Shown here piece by piece: positions 53,619-63,658 of a stretch of DNA of 64,000 bases. The stretch's first letter is position 1; every line of letters begins with the position of its first letter. The stretch covers positions 989 through 64,988 of the forward strand of contig CAZRXY010000014.1 in assembly GCA_964604155.1 (NCBI GenBank), read 5' to 3'. Made by a program: the position numbers and the translations under genes. The notes below the pieces were generated by a model. The model ran no database searches and was not told the origin of the DNA. It saw nothing but the letters and a program-made list of their open reading frames with translations. The stretch comes from an uncultured Candidatus Cloacimonadota bacterium (GTDB lineage: Bacteria; Cloacimonadota; Cloacimonadia; Cloacimonadales; TCS61).

Positions 53619-54659
53619 ATGGAAATAGTGCCAATGACCCACTATGTGAAAGCTGCGGGCTGAGCAGCCAAGTTAAGCCCGGGGGACCTGGGCAGAGTGA
53701 TGCAGGGTTTGCAATTGCCGGTGAATGATGATTTGTTATTAGGAGTAGGAAGTAGTGATGATGCCGGAATATACAAGCTTACTCCTGAGCTGGCACTTGT
53801 GCAGACTCTCGATTTTATCACACCTGTAGTGGATGATCCTTATATATTTGGTCAGATTGCCGCTGCTAACAGTCTAAGTGATGTCTGGGCGATGGGCGGC
53901 GTAGTTCGCACTGCTTTAAATATAGTGGCTTATGATAATTGTCATCTCACGTTAGATCATCTGAAAGAGATACTGGCTGGTGGTGCGGATAAGATCAGGG
54001 AAGCCGGCGGAGTGATGATGGGCGGTCACACTATTGCTGACCCGGAGATGAAATATGGATTATGCGTCACAGGCACAGTGCATCCGGAAAAATATATCCG
54101 CAATAATACTACTCAGCCAGGAGACGTAATAATTCTCACCAAGCCTTTGGGTATGGGCGTGATCACCACTTCTATCAAAGGCGAGATGACCGATGAAGCT
54201 ACTATAAAAGAAGCTGTCTTTTATATGTCTTATCTTAATAAATATGCTGCTGAAGCAGCAATTCGTATTGGGGTGCACGCCATGACGGATGTTACGGGAT
54301 TTGGCTTATTGGGGCATCTTAATGAAATGACCAATCAGCAAACTTCCATAGAGCTTGAATATAATAATATACCCATTATAGAAGCTGCTCATGAGCTGGC
54401 TTCCTATGGTCTCTTCCCTGCCGGAACCTATTCCAATGAGGGTTATTATCAAGATTATTGCCAGATAGATGAGAACTTGCAAAATGACGATAAAATGTTG
54501 CTTTATGATCCGCAGACCTCTGGTGGTCTACTTCTGAGCGTAGCAGAAAACAAGGCAGAACTTCTTATGCGGGAGCTACGGGAAACCGGAATTTCACGGG
54601 CAGCAGTTATCGGCTGTGTGTCACCTAAAAAACATTGCAATATTATAATCAGGAGATGA
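53619..54659 (+). CDS. selD: Selenide, water dikinase with selenocysteine at codon 15 (TGA 53661-53663)
   Basis: AGGAGG RBS, then MEIVPMTHYVKAAG-U-AAKLSP in frame with the tracked ORF; DDAG, QTLDFITP, ANSLSD, GGHT, TDVTGFGL, DPQTSGGLL. Confidence 0.95.
53677..53693 (+). promoter_or_regulatory. SECIS element of selD
   Basis: GCCCGGG-GGA-CCUGGGC, starting 13 nt after the UGA. Confidence 0.8.
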
Positions 54660-54661
54660 TC

Positions 54662-56800
54662 ATGAAAGCCTGCCGCTTTGGTAATCCCCTTTCTTCTGGG
54701 GCTGTTATAGAAAAGCCTACAAAATTTCTCTCAAAATTTGATGCTTCAGGCATCAGACAAAGCAAAAATTCTACTTCGATCTCTTTTAGTTACAGACTTT
54801 CCAATAATGATGTAGTTTTTGGACTGGGTGAACAGATGGGAGGCATCAATAAACGCGGCAGAAAATATATCACCTATAATACGGATGTAACCGAGCATAC
54901 TCCGGAAAAACTATCTCTATATGGTTCGCACCCTTTTCTTATCGTTCATGGGAAAAAGGATTGGGGGATATTTCTGGATTATCCCGGCGAAATCTTATTT
55001 GATCTAGGATTTTCGCATAAAGACCTGCTAATGATCACCGTGCAGTCTCATGATTTTGATCTCTTTTACTGGTGTGACCTCACCTGGCAGGAAATAGTTA
55101 CGGAATACATCACGCTCACCGGAGGTGTTTACATCCCGCCTAAGTGGGCATTTGGATATCAACAGAGCCGCTGGAGCTATCCTGATGCAGATAGCGTTAG
55201 AGAAATTGCCGATAAATTCCGCCAGCTTGGTATCCCCTGTGATGCAATTTACCTCGATATAGATTATATGCAGGATTATAAGGTATTTTCAATCAATAAA
55301 GAGCGTTTCCCCAAATTCAGCGAATTTGTGAAGGAACTGAAAGATAAAGGTTTTCATCTCGTGCCCATAATTGACCCGGGCGTAAAAATTGAACCCGAAT
55401 ATAAGGTCTTCGATGAAGGGTTCAAAAATAAATATTTCTGTACGGACGAAGCAGGAGAGTTTTACAAGGCAGCGGTTTGGCCCGGTCTCACTCATCTTCC
55501 TGATTTCTCTGCGAAAGCTGTCCGCACCTGGTGGGGCGGGCTTTATGATCAATTGATCACTCAGGGAATTGAAGGCTTCTGGAATGATATGAATGAGCCT
55601 TCCATCTTCTTCTCAGAGCCACGCAGTAAGGTTATTTACGAAAAATTGCATCAAGCTGCCAAAAGTGATAAACTAATTGAGCTGGATTTGAGCTCACTTC
55701 GGGGAGAACTCACTCGATTGCATAACAGCAGAGATGATTATAAAGCCATCTATCAGCACCCGGAAAAGAATTGCAGGATATGCCATGACAATATTCACAA
55801 TCTTTATGGTGCTCAAATGACCCTGGCATTTTCTGACCATGTGCAGGAAAAATATCCTGAGAAAAGGTTTTTAATCTTCAGTCGCTCCAGCTATAGCGGC
55901 TCACAGCGTTATGCCGGCATCTGGTACGGAGATAATAAAAGCTGGTGGCAACACCTGGAAATGAATATCAAAATGCTGATCAATTGTAATCTTGGCGGCT
56001 ATTTTTATAGTGGAGCAGATATTGGCGGATTCGGAGATAACTGCCGGTCTGAACTTCTCGTCCGCTGGCTGCAACTTGGCGTATTCAGTCCGCTTTTCCG
56101 CAATCACTCGGCTATCTATACCCGCAACCAGGAGCCCTGGGCATTTGATGATGATACTCTCATAAATTCTCGCAATATTATCCGCCTGCGTTATGCCTTT
56201 ATGCCCTGGCTGTATTCGCAGTTTTTAGAATTTGCCGGTATGAATATCCCGCTAATCCGCTCATTATACTGGGATTATAATACACCCCGTGCTCTGCAAA
56301 CCGAAGATCAATTCTGCTTTGGCGAAAGCTGCCTCATTGCACCTGTATATAAACCAAACAGCACCGGCAGATTCGTGTACCTGCCGGAAGACCGCTGGCT
56401 TATCTGGAAAGCTCGTACCTGGGAAGAACGCAATCTGGAAATCATAGAAGCCGGAGATCACTATCTAAATTGCCCATTAGACAGACAATTGATCTTTTTC
56501 CGTGAAAATTCACTTTTTGCTCTGCAGGAACCGGAAGATTTCGTGGATCAGCGTAAACCCGATACCTTGATCATTATCGGATTAGTTACCCGCCAGGCAC
56601 AACTCAAATTAATGGTAGATAGCGGTAAATATCCCGCCTTCTCAGGCATGTCTGTTCTGGAAATTTCTGTCAATTTTATTGATAACTGCTTTGAAATCGA
56701 GACCCATACAATAAAAAAAGAGACTCTGCCCTGGAAACATCTGGTTTTTGAGCTCTATGATACCGAGGGTAAACTGGCGATCAGCCATAGAAAAATATAA
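54662..56800 (+). CDS. GH31 alpha-glucosidase
   Basis: PPKWAFGYQQSRWSY, YLDIDYM, WNDMNEP, GADIGGF, FRNHS. Confidence 0.93.
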   Translation: MKACRFGNPLSSGAVIEKPTKFLSKFDASGIRQSKNSTSISFSYRLSNNDVVFGLGEQMGGINKRGRKYITYNTDVTEHTPEKLSLYGSHPFLIVHGKKDWGIFLDYPGEILFDLGFSHKDLLMITVQSHDFDLFYWCDLTWQEIVTEYITLTGGVYIPPKWAFGYQQSRWSYPDADSVREIADKFRQLGIPCDAIYLDIDYMQDYKVFSINKERFPKFSEFVKELKDKGFHLVPIIDPGVKIEPEYKVFDEGFKNKYFCTDEAGEFYKAAVWPGLTHLPDFSAKAVRTWWGGLYDQLITQGIEGFWNDMNEPSIFFSEPRSKVIYEKLHQAAKSDKLIELDLSSLRGELTRLHNSRDDYKAIYQHPEKNCRICHDNIHNLYGAQMTLAFSDHVQEKYPEKRFLIFSRSSYSGSQRYAGIWYGDNKSWWQHLEMNIKMLINCNLGGYFYSGADIGGFGDNCRSELLVRWLQLGVFSPLFRNHSAIYTRNQEPWAFDDDTLINSRNIIRLRYAFMPWLYSQFLEFAGMNIPLIRSLYWDYNTPRALQTEDQFCFGESCLIAPVYKPNSTGRFVYLPEDRWLIWKARTWEERNLEIIEAGDHYLNCPLDRQLIFFRENSLFALQEPEDFVDQRKPDTLIIIGLVTRQAQLKLMVDSGKYPAFSGMSVLEISVNFIDNCFEIETHTIKKETLPWKHLVFELYDTEGKLAISHRKI

Positions 56801-56812
56801 ATAAGAGGACTT

Positions 56813-59395
56813 ATGAAAATAACAATTATCATCACTTTTTTGCTTTTTACGACAATAATACTCGCCGCTGATATCGATATAGAACGCATATATCGTTACG
56901 CCGGTGAAAATGCCCCGGAACTTGTAGATTTATTAGAAACTGCCGCACCCGATACGCTGCCCTATTATGAATTTCTTCTAAAAAATAGCTCTGCTTCCGA
57001 CCTGGCAATCCTCACGGCAGATTATCTCAAGCAAAATGTGCATTATGCCCTTTTATCCAGAACACTTAAGTATGCAAAATCCTATGATGACCAGATATTT
57101 AATCACTTTGTATTGCCCCACAGAATGTCTCAAGAGCCCCTCGAAGAATGGCGTCCAGAATTCTATAAAGAACTTTTACCAATGATAGAAGACTATGAAC
57201 ATATAGAAGAAGCTGCCATCATCATCAATATCTGGTGCCTGGAGCAAATGACCTATAAGCCCACCCATGGTCGCGATCAAAGTGCCTTCACCTCTATAAA
57301 ACGCGGTTTTGGCAGATGCGAAGAAATGATGATCATCTATATGTGTGCCGCACGTGCTCTAGGAATTCCCGTGCGAAGCTGCTCTGCCCCATATTGGAAT
57401 TTCACAGATAGCAATCATGCCTGGATTGAGGTGTGGACGCCAACAGGCTGGAAATATCTGGGCGAACCCGCCAGCTCACTCAGCAAAACCTGGTTCACCA
57501 GTACCACGCAGCGTGCCACCCTCATCACCGCTAATGCCTTTGGTAATTATCATCATCATAATACTATTAAGCAAAAAGATAATGTTACTACCCTTTGCTC
57601 AATTGAATTTTATACGGAAAGCTATAAGTGCCGCATTACGGTAATTGATGAAAATAACGAGCCGGTTGCAGATGCTCTTGTCATGCCTATGGCAGTATCA
57701 TTTGGCGGTATCTGGCAAATGACCTCGCTCATTACTGACGAAAATGGCTCCTGCAGTATCCCACTGGGAAAAGGCAGCACCCTTCTGATGGCTGGCAAAG
57801 ACTCCCTGGCTGCCTGGCAAATGCTCACTAATCTGGATGGTGATGACAGAGATATCGTTCTCACGCTCACCCAAAACAGGCAGATCGATGAAGAATTCTT
57901 ATTTCTGTTTCCTCTACCGGGCTCTAATCCGCTTGATAATGAAGAACCCACTTTTTTTGACGAAAAATTTGATCTCATGCGGGAAAATGCCGATCTCAAA
58001 AGGAAAACCAGGCTTGATTCCAGAAAACAAACTGCTGAATTTGCTCGTCTATACGACGCAGTATATCAAAAAAACCCGCCTGATGATGAATATTTTGCCG
58101 AGAGAAAATCCTTTCTTGATAAAGCAGATGAATTGGCAGATAATACCCCTCACTTTTTGCAGGTGCTAAATAAACAAGATAGTGCCAAAAACTGGATCAT
58201 CATGGAGATGATAAAAACCTGGGATATCAAAGACCTTTGTGAATTGCCGGATTCCACCGCAATAGCAGATATCTGTGATATTTTTTCGGCAAACCGCTAC
58301 CGCTTTGCCGCCTCAGACAGCCTGTTTTCTGCCGGATGCATCGCCCGTACCTGGAGATCAGCAAGCCCCGTTCAAAACGCCTGGCAAAAAAATTTCTATC
58401 AATATATACTGCCATATTTTGCAGATGAGGCAGAAACTACCTTACATAACCTTAATAACTGGATAGAGCAAAGTACTGTAATCGAAGAAGATTTCCCCTG
58501 GAATTATTATTCCTCTCCACTCACTCCACCAGAAATCCTGAATCTGCAGATTATTCCCGAATTCTACAGGACAAAACTGCTGAATTCTGCCCTGAAACTC
58601 GCAGGTATCCCCGTCCGCTGGCAAGGACAATTAGAGTATCATAACGGCTTAGAATGGCTGGCAGCAACCTCTACAGCAACAGAGAATACACCCGAAAGTG
58701 AACTAAAAGAATTCAGCCTGGTGATCACCGTGGATGGCGAGAATGTGCTGGCAGAACCTTACGGAAATTTCCTGATTGCCAGTCTGGAAAATGATGGCTA
58801 CCTCTACCCCACCTGGTTCGATGGCGAAAATGATTCCCTTGCCTATAAAGGTAAATACCGTAAAACTGCTGATGAAGTTATTCATATCCAAGCCGCAATC
58901 CGTAATGGTAATGGCGATGCCCGCGTAATCATCAAACCCATTTTGGATGATGACCAGCAGATAGCCATCGATCTCCTTACACCTCGCGAATACCTTGATA
59001 TCAGCCTCGATTGGAAGCCTGATGTTCTGGAAAATATTATAGATATCTCCGGTTCCCAGCCCTTTGAAGGTAAAAAAATTATCATGATCCGCTCTAAAGA
59101 TGACAGCGAACCACAAAATCATACTACTCGCTTCCTCAGCGAAAAAATTGATAAATTTGCCGAACTCAATGCCCGGCTCTATATATATTCCGAAAACCGC
59201 TCTATGCGCGATCTGCAAAATGATGAACGATTGCAAACCGCTTATCTCCTACGCGGCAAGCCAATCTTATCCGATATAATAGCCGCAGAAAATTATCCCG
59301 CTCTCTTCATACTAGACGAAAATAATGCCCTCATTTTCTCTACTACCGGCTATAATATGGGTATCGCAGACCTTATTATCAGAAAGCTGAAGTAA
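56813..59395 (+). CDS. Secreted transglutaminase-like domain protein
   Basis: Signal peptide; VLPHRMSQE, GRCEE, NHAWIEVW. Confidence 0.8.
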   Translation: MKITIIITFLLFTTIILAADIDIERIYRYAGENAPELVDLLETAAPDTLPYYEFLLKNSSASDLAILTADYLKQNVHYALLSRTLKYAKSYDDQIFNHFVLPHRMSQEPLEEWRPEFYKELLPMIEDYEHIEEAAIIINIWCLEQMTYKPTHGRDQSAFTSIKRGFGRCEEMMIIYMCAARALGIPVRSCSAPYWNFTDSNHAWIEVWTPTGWKYLGEPASSLSKTWFTSTTQRATLITANAFGNYHHHNTIKQKDNVTTLCSIEFYTESYKCRITVIDENNEPVADALVMPMAVSFGGIWQMTSLITDENGSCSIPLGKGSTLLMAGKDSLAAWQMLTNLDGDDRDIVLTLTQNRQIDEEFLFLFPLPGSNPLDNEEPTFFDEKFDLMRENADLKRKTRLDSRKQTAEFARLYDAVYQKNPPDDEYFAERKSFLDKADELADNTPHFLQVLNKQDSAKNWIIMEMIKTWDIKDLCELPDSTAIADICDIFSANRYRFAASDSLFSAGCIARTWRSASPVQNAWQKNFYQYILPYFADEAETTLHNLNNWIEQSTVIEEDFPWNYYSSPLTPPEILNLQIIPEFYRTKLLNSALKLAGIPVRWQGQLEYHNGLEWLAATSTATENTPESELKEFSLVITVDGENVLAEPYGNFLIASLENDGYLYPTWFDGENDSLAYKGKYRKTADEVIHIQAAIRNGNGDARVIIKPILDDDQQIAIDLLTPREYLDISLDWKPDVLENIIDISGSQPFEGKKIIMIRSKDDSEPQNHTTRFLSEKIDKFAELNARLYIYSENRSMRDLQNDERLQTAYLLRGKPILSDIIAAENYPALFILDENNALIFSTTGYNMGIADLIIRKLK

Positions 59396-59421
59396 TTTTC
59401 CTGCAGAAATGATTTATAACT

Positions 59422-60315
59422 ATGAATAAAAATCGCCTCAATGGCATTATCATGGGCAGCATTGCCTACCTGATGTGGGGATTTCTCCCCCTGTACTGGA
59501 AACTTATCATTAATGTCCGCCCTCTGGAAATACTTGCTCACCGCATTGTCTGGAGCCTGGGATTCATCCTCCTCATTCTGGCAATCAAACGTGACGCAAA
59601 GTGGCTGCATATTATCAAAAAAAATCCCAAACTTCTTCTGCTCTATCTTGCCAGTGCCATTTTAGTAAGCGTTAACTGGTTCACCTATATCTGGGCAGTT
59701 AATAACGCCCATACGGTTGATGCCAGCCTGGGATATTTTATCAACCCGCTCTTCACTGTTTTCCTCGGTACAGTATTTCTCCGCGAAAAACTTGTCACTG
59801 CTGAAATTATTGCCGTTATTCTCGCTCTTATCGGCGTAGTATTCCTCTCTGTTTATTACGGCTCGCTGCCCTGGGTTGCTATTGTGCTCACTATCTCTTT
59901 CGGGCTCTATGGCTTGATCAAAAAACAGGGACCTCTCGATGGTATCCAAAGTCTGGGTCTGGAAACCATGATCATCTTCATCCCCACTTTGATCTTCCTT
60001 ATTCACCTTGATACAAATAGCAATGCCGCCTTTATCCACTCCGGCATAAAAACTACCCTCCTGCTCTTTGCTGCCGGCACTATCACTGCCACTCCACTTC
60101 TACTCTTTGGTCAAGCTGCCCGAAAAATACCCCTCTCCACTCTCGGCTTCCTGCAATATCTTGCCCCCACCTTCCAATTCCTCATCGGAGTCTTCATCTT
60201 CCACGAAGCATTCCAATTCCCCAAGCTTATTGGCTTCGCCATTATCTGGATCGCACTCATCATCTTCACCTTCACCCGCTTCTCAAGACATAATATTACC
60301 CAATATTCTAAGTAA
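59422..60315 (+). CDS. rarD: RarD/EamA family transporter
   Basis: WGFLPLYW, HRIVWS, SLGYFINP, GFLQYLAPT. Confidence 0.92.
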   Translation: MNKNRLNGIIMGSIAYLMWGFLPLYWKLIINVRPLEILAHRIVWSLGFILLILAIKRDAKWLHIIKKNPKLLLLYLASAILVSVNWFTYIWAVNNAHTVDASLGYFINPLFTVFLGTVFLREKLVTAEIIAVILALIGVVFLSVYYGSLPWVAIVLTISFGLYGLIKKQGPLDGIQSLGLETMIIFIPTLIFLIHLDTNSNAAFIHSGIKTTLLLFAAGTITATPLLLFGQAARKIPLSTLGFLQYLAPTFQFLIGVFIFHEAFQFPKLIGFAIIWIALIIFTFTRFSRHNITQYSK

Positions 60316-60381
60316 TGCCTTGAACGATCAATATACATCTGATACTGAGATAATTGAAGAATTGCAGAATTTATAATATTC

Positions 60382-61080
60382 TCACTGTGTTTCCTGATAT
60401 CTCTTGATCAGCATTTCAATTGCTTTTATATCAATCTGCTTGTGAAGAAGATATTCTTCACCTGCAAACAGCTTGGGAGTTTTATATTGCGCTAAAATAC
60501 TAATATTATGATTATTGCATAAGGAATTATTAACAAGCTTACCATTTTCTGTGTTGATATCATATTTATTTATGGTTATATTGGGATTTGTTTCTTCAAT
60601 GTACATTAAGGCTTCATTTGCTGAAATATGAAGAGTATCTTTTTCATCATAAATATAATCAATACTTAGCACAATATTTTCCTGATCATGAGTATTTTCC
60701 CGGACATCATAAAGCAGGGGCACGCAGCAGCCTCCTGCCTGGGCGTATTCTTTAACGACCCGCCGTAATTTGTCATAGATATCTAAGCCGGTAACTAGCT
60801 GATTACCTATAAGCACGGCAGGATAATCGATTGTGCCGAATTCTTTTATCAATTCCTGCAATAGCGTTTGAGCATCATTTTCATAAGTGTAATATTGAGT
60901 TGCGTCCAGATAATACTTCTCTTCAAGCTCCGGAAGAACAAAATTGAATAGATCATCGCAGAGCGGACAATCATCCTCGATAAAGAGCAGCATCTGGATT
61001 TGGATTTCCCCGTATTCAGTATCTGATCCGATGACAAAGAGATGAAAAATACAAAAAAGCAGGATCAATACTAATTTCAT
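60382..61080 (-). CDS. Secreted thioredoxin/glutaredoxin-fold protein
   Basis: Signal peptide, CPLC motif, second similar domain lacking CxxC. Confidence 0.6.
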   Translation of the reverse strand: MKLVLILLFCIFHLFVIGSDTEYGEIQIQMLLFIEDDCPLCDDLFNFVLPELEEKYYLDATQYYTYENDAQTLLQELIKEFGTIDYPAVLIGNQLVTGLDIYDKLRRVVKEYAQAGGCCVPLLYDVRENTHDQENIVLSIDYIYDEKDTLHISANEALMYIEETNPNITINKYDINTENGKLVNNSLCNNHNISILAQYKTPKLFAGEEYLLHKQIDIKAIEMLIKRYQETQ

Positions 61081-61081
61081 A

Positions 61082-61180
61082 TCAGCCTCCTAAAGTGCTG
61101 AAAATTAAAACAATTCCGATAGAAAATAAAAGAACTGCCATCAGAATTTTCGTCAGTCCGGTTTTTTGGGCTACCCATTC
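61082..61180 (-). pseudogene. Possible C-terminal remnant of a membrane protein gene
   Basis: 32 open codons EWVAQKTGLTKILMAVLLFSIGIVLIFSTLGG with no 5' start codon; stop lies 1 nt before the next ATG. Confidence 0.35.
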
Positions 61181-61192
61181 TCAGATATTTAC

Positions 61193-62296
61193 TCATTTCG
61201 CAAAGATATTTTGCGTTCTCAAGCAGACTTTTACCAGCAATAGCATCACCGGCACTTCGATGAGCACGCCCACCACCGTGGCAAGTGAAGCGCCGGAAGA
61301 AAGCCCAAAAAGCATGGTGGAAGTAGCAATGGCAACTTCAAAATGATTGGAAGCCCCTATCATCGCAGCCGGAGCGGCAAATTCATAAGATAGCTTTAAT
61401 AATTTTGCAGCAATGTAACCAATTGTGAAAATTAGTATCGTTTGAATAAAGAGCGGAATTGCTATCCATAATATTGTGAGAGGCTGCTCCAGTATCACTT
61501 CACCCTTAAAAGAAAAGAGCAGAACCAGTGTAACTAAAAGAGCAATTATAGAAACTGTACCGAGGTGCGGAATAAACTTCCGCTCAAAATAATCCCTGCC
61601 TTTTCTGGCAATTATCCATTTTCGCGAAAAATATCCCGTCACCAGCGGCAAGGCTACATAGATCAATACAGATAAAATAATAGTCTGCCAGGGAATGGGC
61701 ATATTGTTTTCACCCAGCAAAAAGCCGCCTAATGGAGCATATAACAGAAGCATCGTTAGCGAATTGATTGCCACCATCACCAGCGTAAGCCCCATATTAC
61801 CTTTACTCAGCCAGCTCCAGACCAGCACCATCGCCGTGCAGGGCGCTATCCCCAATAGTATCGCCCCAGATATATAGCTGCGATACAATTCCACTTCCTG
61901 CCCCGTTTTCACTATTTCTGTTCCACTGATAAAACCTGATTTATAGAAAAGCGTGAGAAAAAAAGTGGCTATAAAGAACATCGTAAACGGCTTGATCAAC
62001 CAGTTTATCACTAAGGTGAGAACCACGGGTTTCGGCGTTTTACCGGCTTTTATCACTTCGCCAAAATCAATCTTGACCATGATGGGGTACATCATGAAAA
62101 AAAGACATATCGCTATCGGTATGGAAATCTGATAAAAAGAAAAATTATCCAGAGCTACAGCGATCTGCGGAGCATTTTTGCCCAGAACGATCCCTACTGC
62201 TATGCAGAGCATAACCCATACTGTCAAATAACGCTCAAATACGCTCATCTTCTTTTCCGTCACCTTTTTTTCGGCAACTTCACAAAACTTGCTCAC
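61193..62296 (-). CDS. acr3: Acr3 family arsenite efflux transporter
   Basis: [46 protein letters not shown]. Confidence 0.95.
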   Translation of the reverse strand: MSKFCEVAEKKVTEKKMSVFERYLTVWVMLCIAVGIVLGKNAPQIAVALDNFSFYQISIPIAICLFFMMYPIMVKIDFGEVIKAGKTPKPVVLTLVINWLIKPFTMFFIATFFLTLFYKSGFISGTEIVKTGQEVELYRSYISGAILLGIAPCTAMVLVWSWLSKGNMGLTLVMVAINSLTMLLLYAPLGGFLLGENNMPIPWQTIILSVLIYVALPLVTGYFSRKWIIARKGRDYFERKFIPHLGTVSIIALLVTLVLLFSFKGEVILEQPLTILWIAIPLFIQTILIFTIGYIAAKLLKLSYEFAAPAAMIGASNHFEVAIATSTMLFGLSSGASLATVVGVLIEVPVMLLLVKVCLRTQNIFAK

Positions 62297-62381
62297 AATC
62301 CCTCCTTGATATTTTCTGCTGCCACACTTTTCTCGCAGCCGCCACAGCCTGTCTCTCGCCTGCCTGTCATTAGCACCCCTG

Positions 62382-62693
62382 TCAGCAGATGATCAAGGCA
62401 TCCTTAGTTTTTTTGATTTTATACCTTCCCAGATAGGTTAGGATGAATTCCTGCTCAGAAGAACCAGCCAAAAATTCCTTCTGGATATAGTATTCACAAC
62501 CTTCTGCTGTGAATCGATAATAATCTCCAATATCACACTCGGGCATCATCTTATCTGGTGAAACCAACCGACCGGATGGTATTTTCACGGCATTTCATCA
62601 GCCTTTTATCTGATAAAATTTTCCAATTGAGATCACCCCGCCATGACTGAGCAGGTAACGCAGGAATTCTCTGTTCTCTACCCGTAATTCCAT
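62382..62693 (-). CDS. Small CC/Se-motif-like (HesB-related) putative selenoprotein with tandem in-frame TGA-TGA (codons 32-33)
   Basis: ATG 62693, 5 nt after the upstream stop: [46 protein letters not shown]...[14 protein letters not shown]; in frame with tracked ORF 62382-62588; hairpin at 62563-62580. Confidence 0.7.
62563..62580 (-). promoter_or_regulatory. Candidate SECIS element
   Basis: ACCAUCC-GGUC-GGUUGGU (one U-U pair), 14 nt after the second UGA; extendable by GUGAA/UUCAC. Confidence 0.6.
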
Positions 62694-62698
62694 GGATT

Positions 62699-62929
62699 CT
62701 AACCGATCAGTTTTTTGATCTTTTCAGGCGAAAGCACTTTGCCAGCTGCTACTACTTTTTCATCAATCACCAGTGCCGGCGTCATCATCACACCATAATC
62801 CATGATATCATTGATATCAGTAACTTTTTCCAGAATTGCCTCTATGCCCAGCTCGTTAACTGCCTGCTGCGCATTAGCTTCCATCTTTTTGCATTTGGGA
62901 CAGCCGGTCCCTAAAATTTTTATTGTCAT
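62699..62929 (-). CDS. Small redox-active disulfide protein (MTH895-like thioredoxin family)
   Basis: IKILGTGCPKC...YGVMMTPALVID. Confidence 0.92.
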   Translation of the reverse strand: MTIKILGTGCPKCKKMEANAQQAVNELGIEAILEKVTDINDIMDYGVMMTPALVIDEKVVAAGKVLSPEKIKKLIG

Positions 62930-62956
62930 CTTTCTTCTCCTTTTTATTATTTTATT

Positions 62957-63658
62957 CTACGCGATCCAGATTAAATAGATGCCACCAAGAATCACCAGCA
63001 CTCCGCAGATTTTCTTGATAACTACGGCACCTTTTGATTTTTCATTCCATTTAAGATAACGCTGAACTACCTCAGTAAAGGTTCCTGCCAGCACTATCAC
63101 AGAACAGTGACCCACCCCGTATAAAAGCACCAGAAGGGCTGCCAGCAAAAAATGTGTGGTCGCCACTTTGAAGGCTACCGTCAGCACTGGTGCCATATAG
63201 GCAAAGGTGCACGGACCAAGAGCAATGCCAAAAAGTAAGCCTAATAGCAAAGCTGCCATTAAACCTTTCTTTTTGAAACCCGGTTGCCCTACACTCCCTG
63301 CAAATGGCAACGGAATGATATCCAGCAAATGCAAACCTACCACAAAAAAGATCACTGCCACCAGATAATTCCCAATAGTGCCCACATCCCCAAGCATTCT
63401 ACCAAGTGCCGCTGTGATTACACCCACAATACCAATTGTGATCAGTATTCCTGTGGAAAATAGAAGCGAAATGGTGAAAGCACGACGCGTGGATATCCTG
63501 CCCTGCTCATTCACAAATCCTACAATGAGAGGAATGCTGGCAAGGTGACAAGGGCTCAATAAGATACTAAGGATACCCCAGACAAAGGACGCCGATAGCG
63601 AGACTAATACAGAACCTTCCATTGCCCGAGTCGCCCAGATAAAAATCGATTCTATCAT
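62957..63658 (-). CDS. ccdA: CcdA/DsbD-type transmembrane electron transfer protein
   Basis: LSPCH and GPCT motifs, six TM helices. Confidence 0.88.
   Translation of the reverse strand: MIESIFIWATRAMEGSVLVSLSASFVWGILSILLSPCHLASIPLIVGFVNEQGRISTRRAFTISLLFSTGILITIGIVGVITAALGRMLGDVGTIGNYLVAVIFFVVGLHLLDIIPLPFAGSVGQPGFKKKGLMAALLLGLLFGIALGPCTFAYMAPVLTVAFKVATTHFLLAALLVLLYGVGHCSVIVLAGTFTEVVQRYLKWNEKSKGAVVIKKICGVLVILGGIYLIWIA

Noticed and set aside
62370..62384. A third readthrough at the end of the UU gene (IIC-TGA-QGC-TAA)
   Set aside because: It would add only four residues and no hairpin of the shared geometry follows; treated as the real stop.
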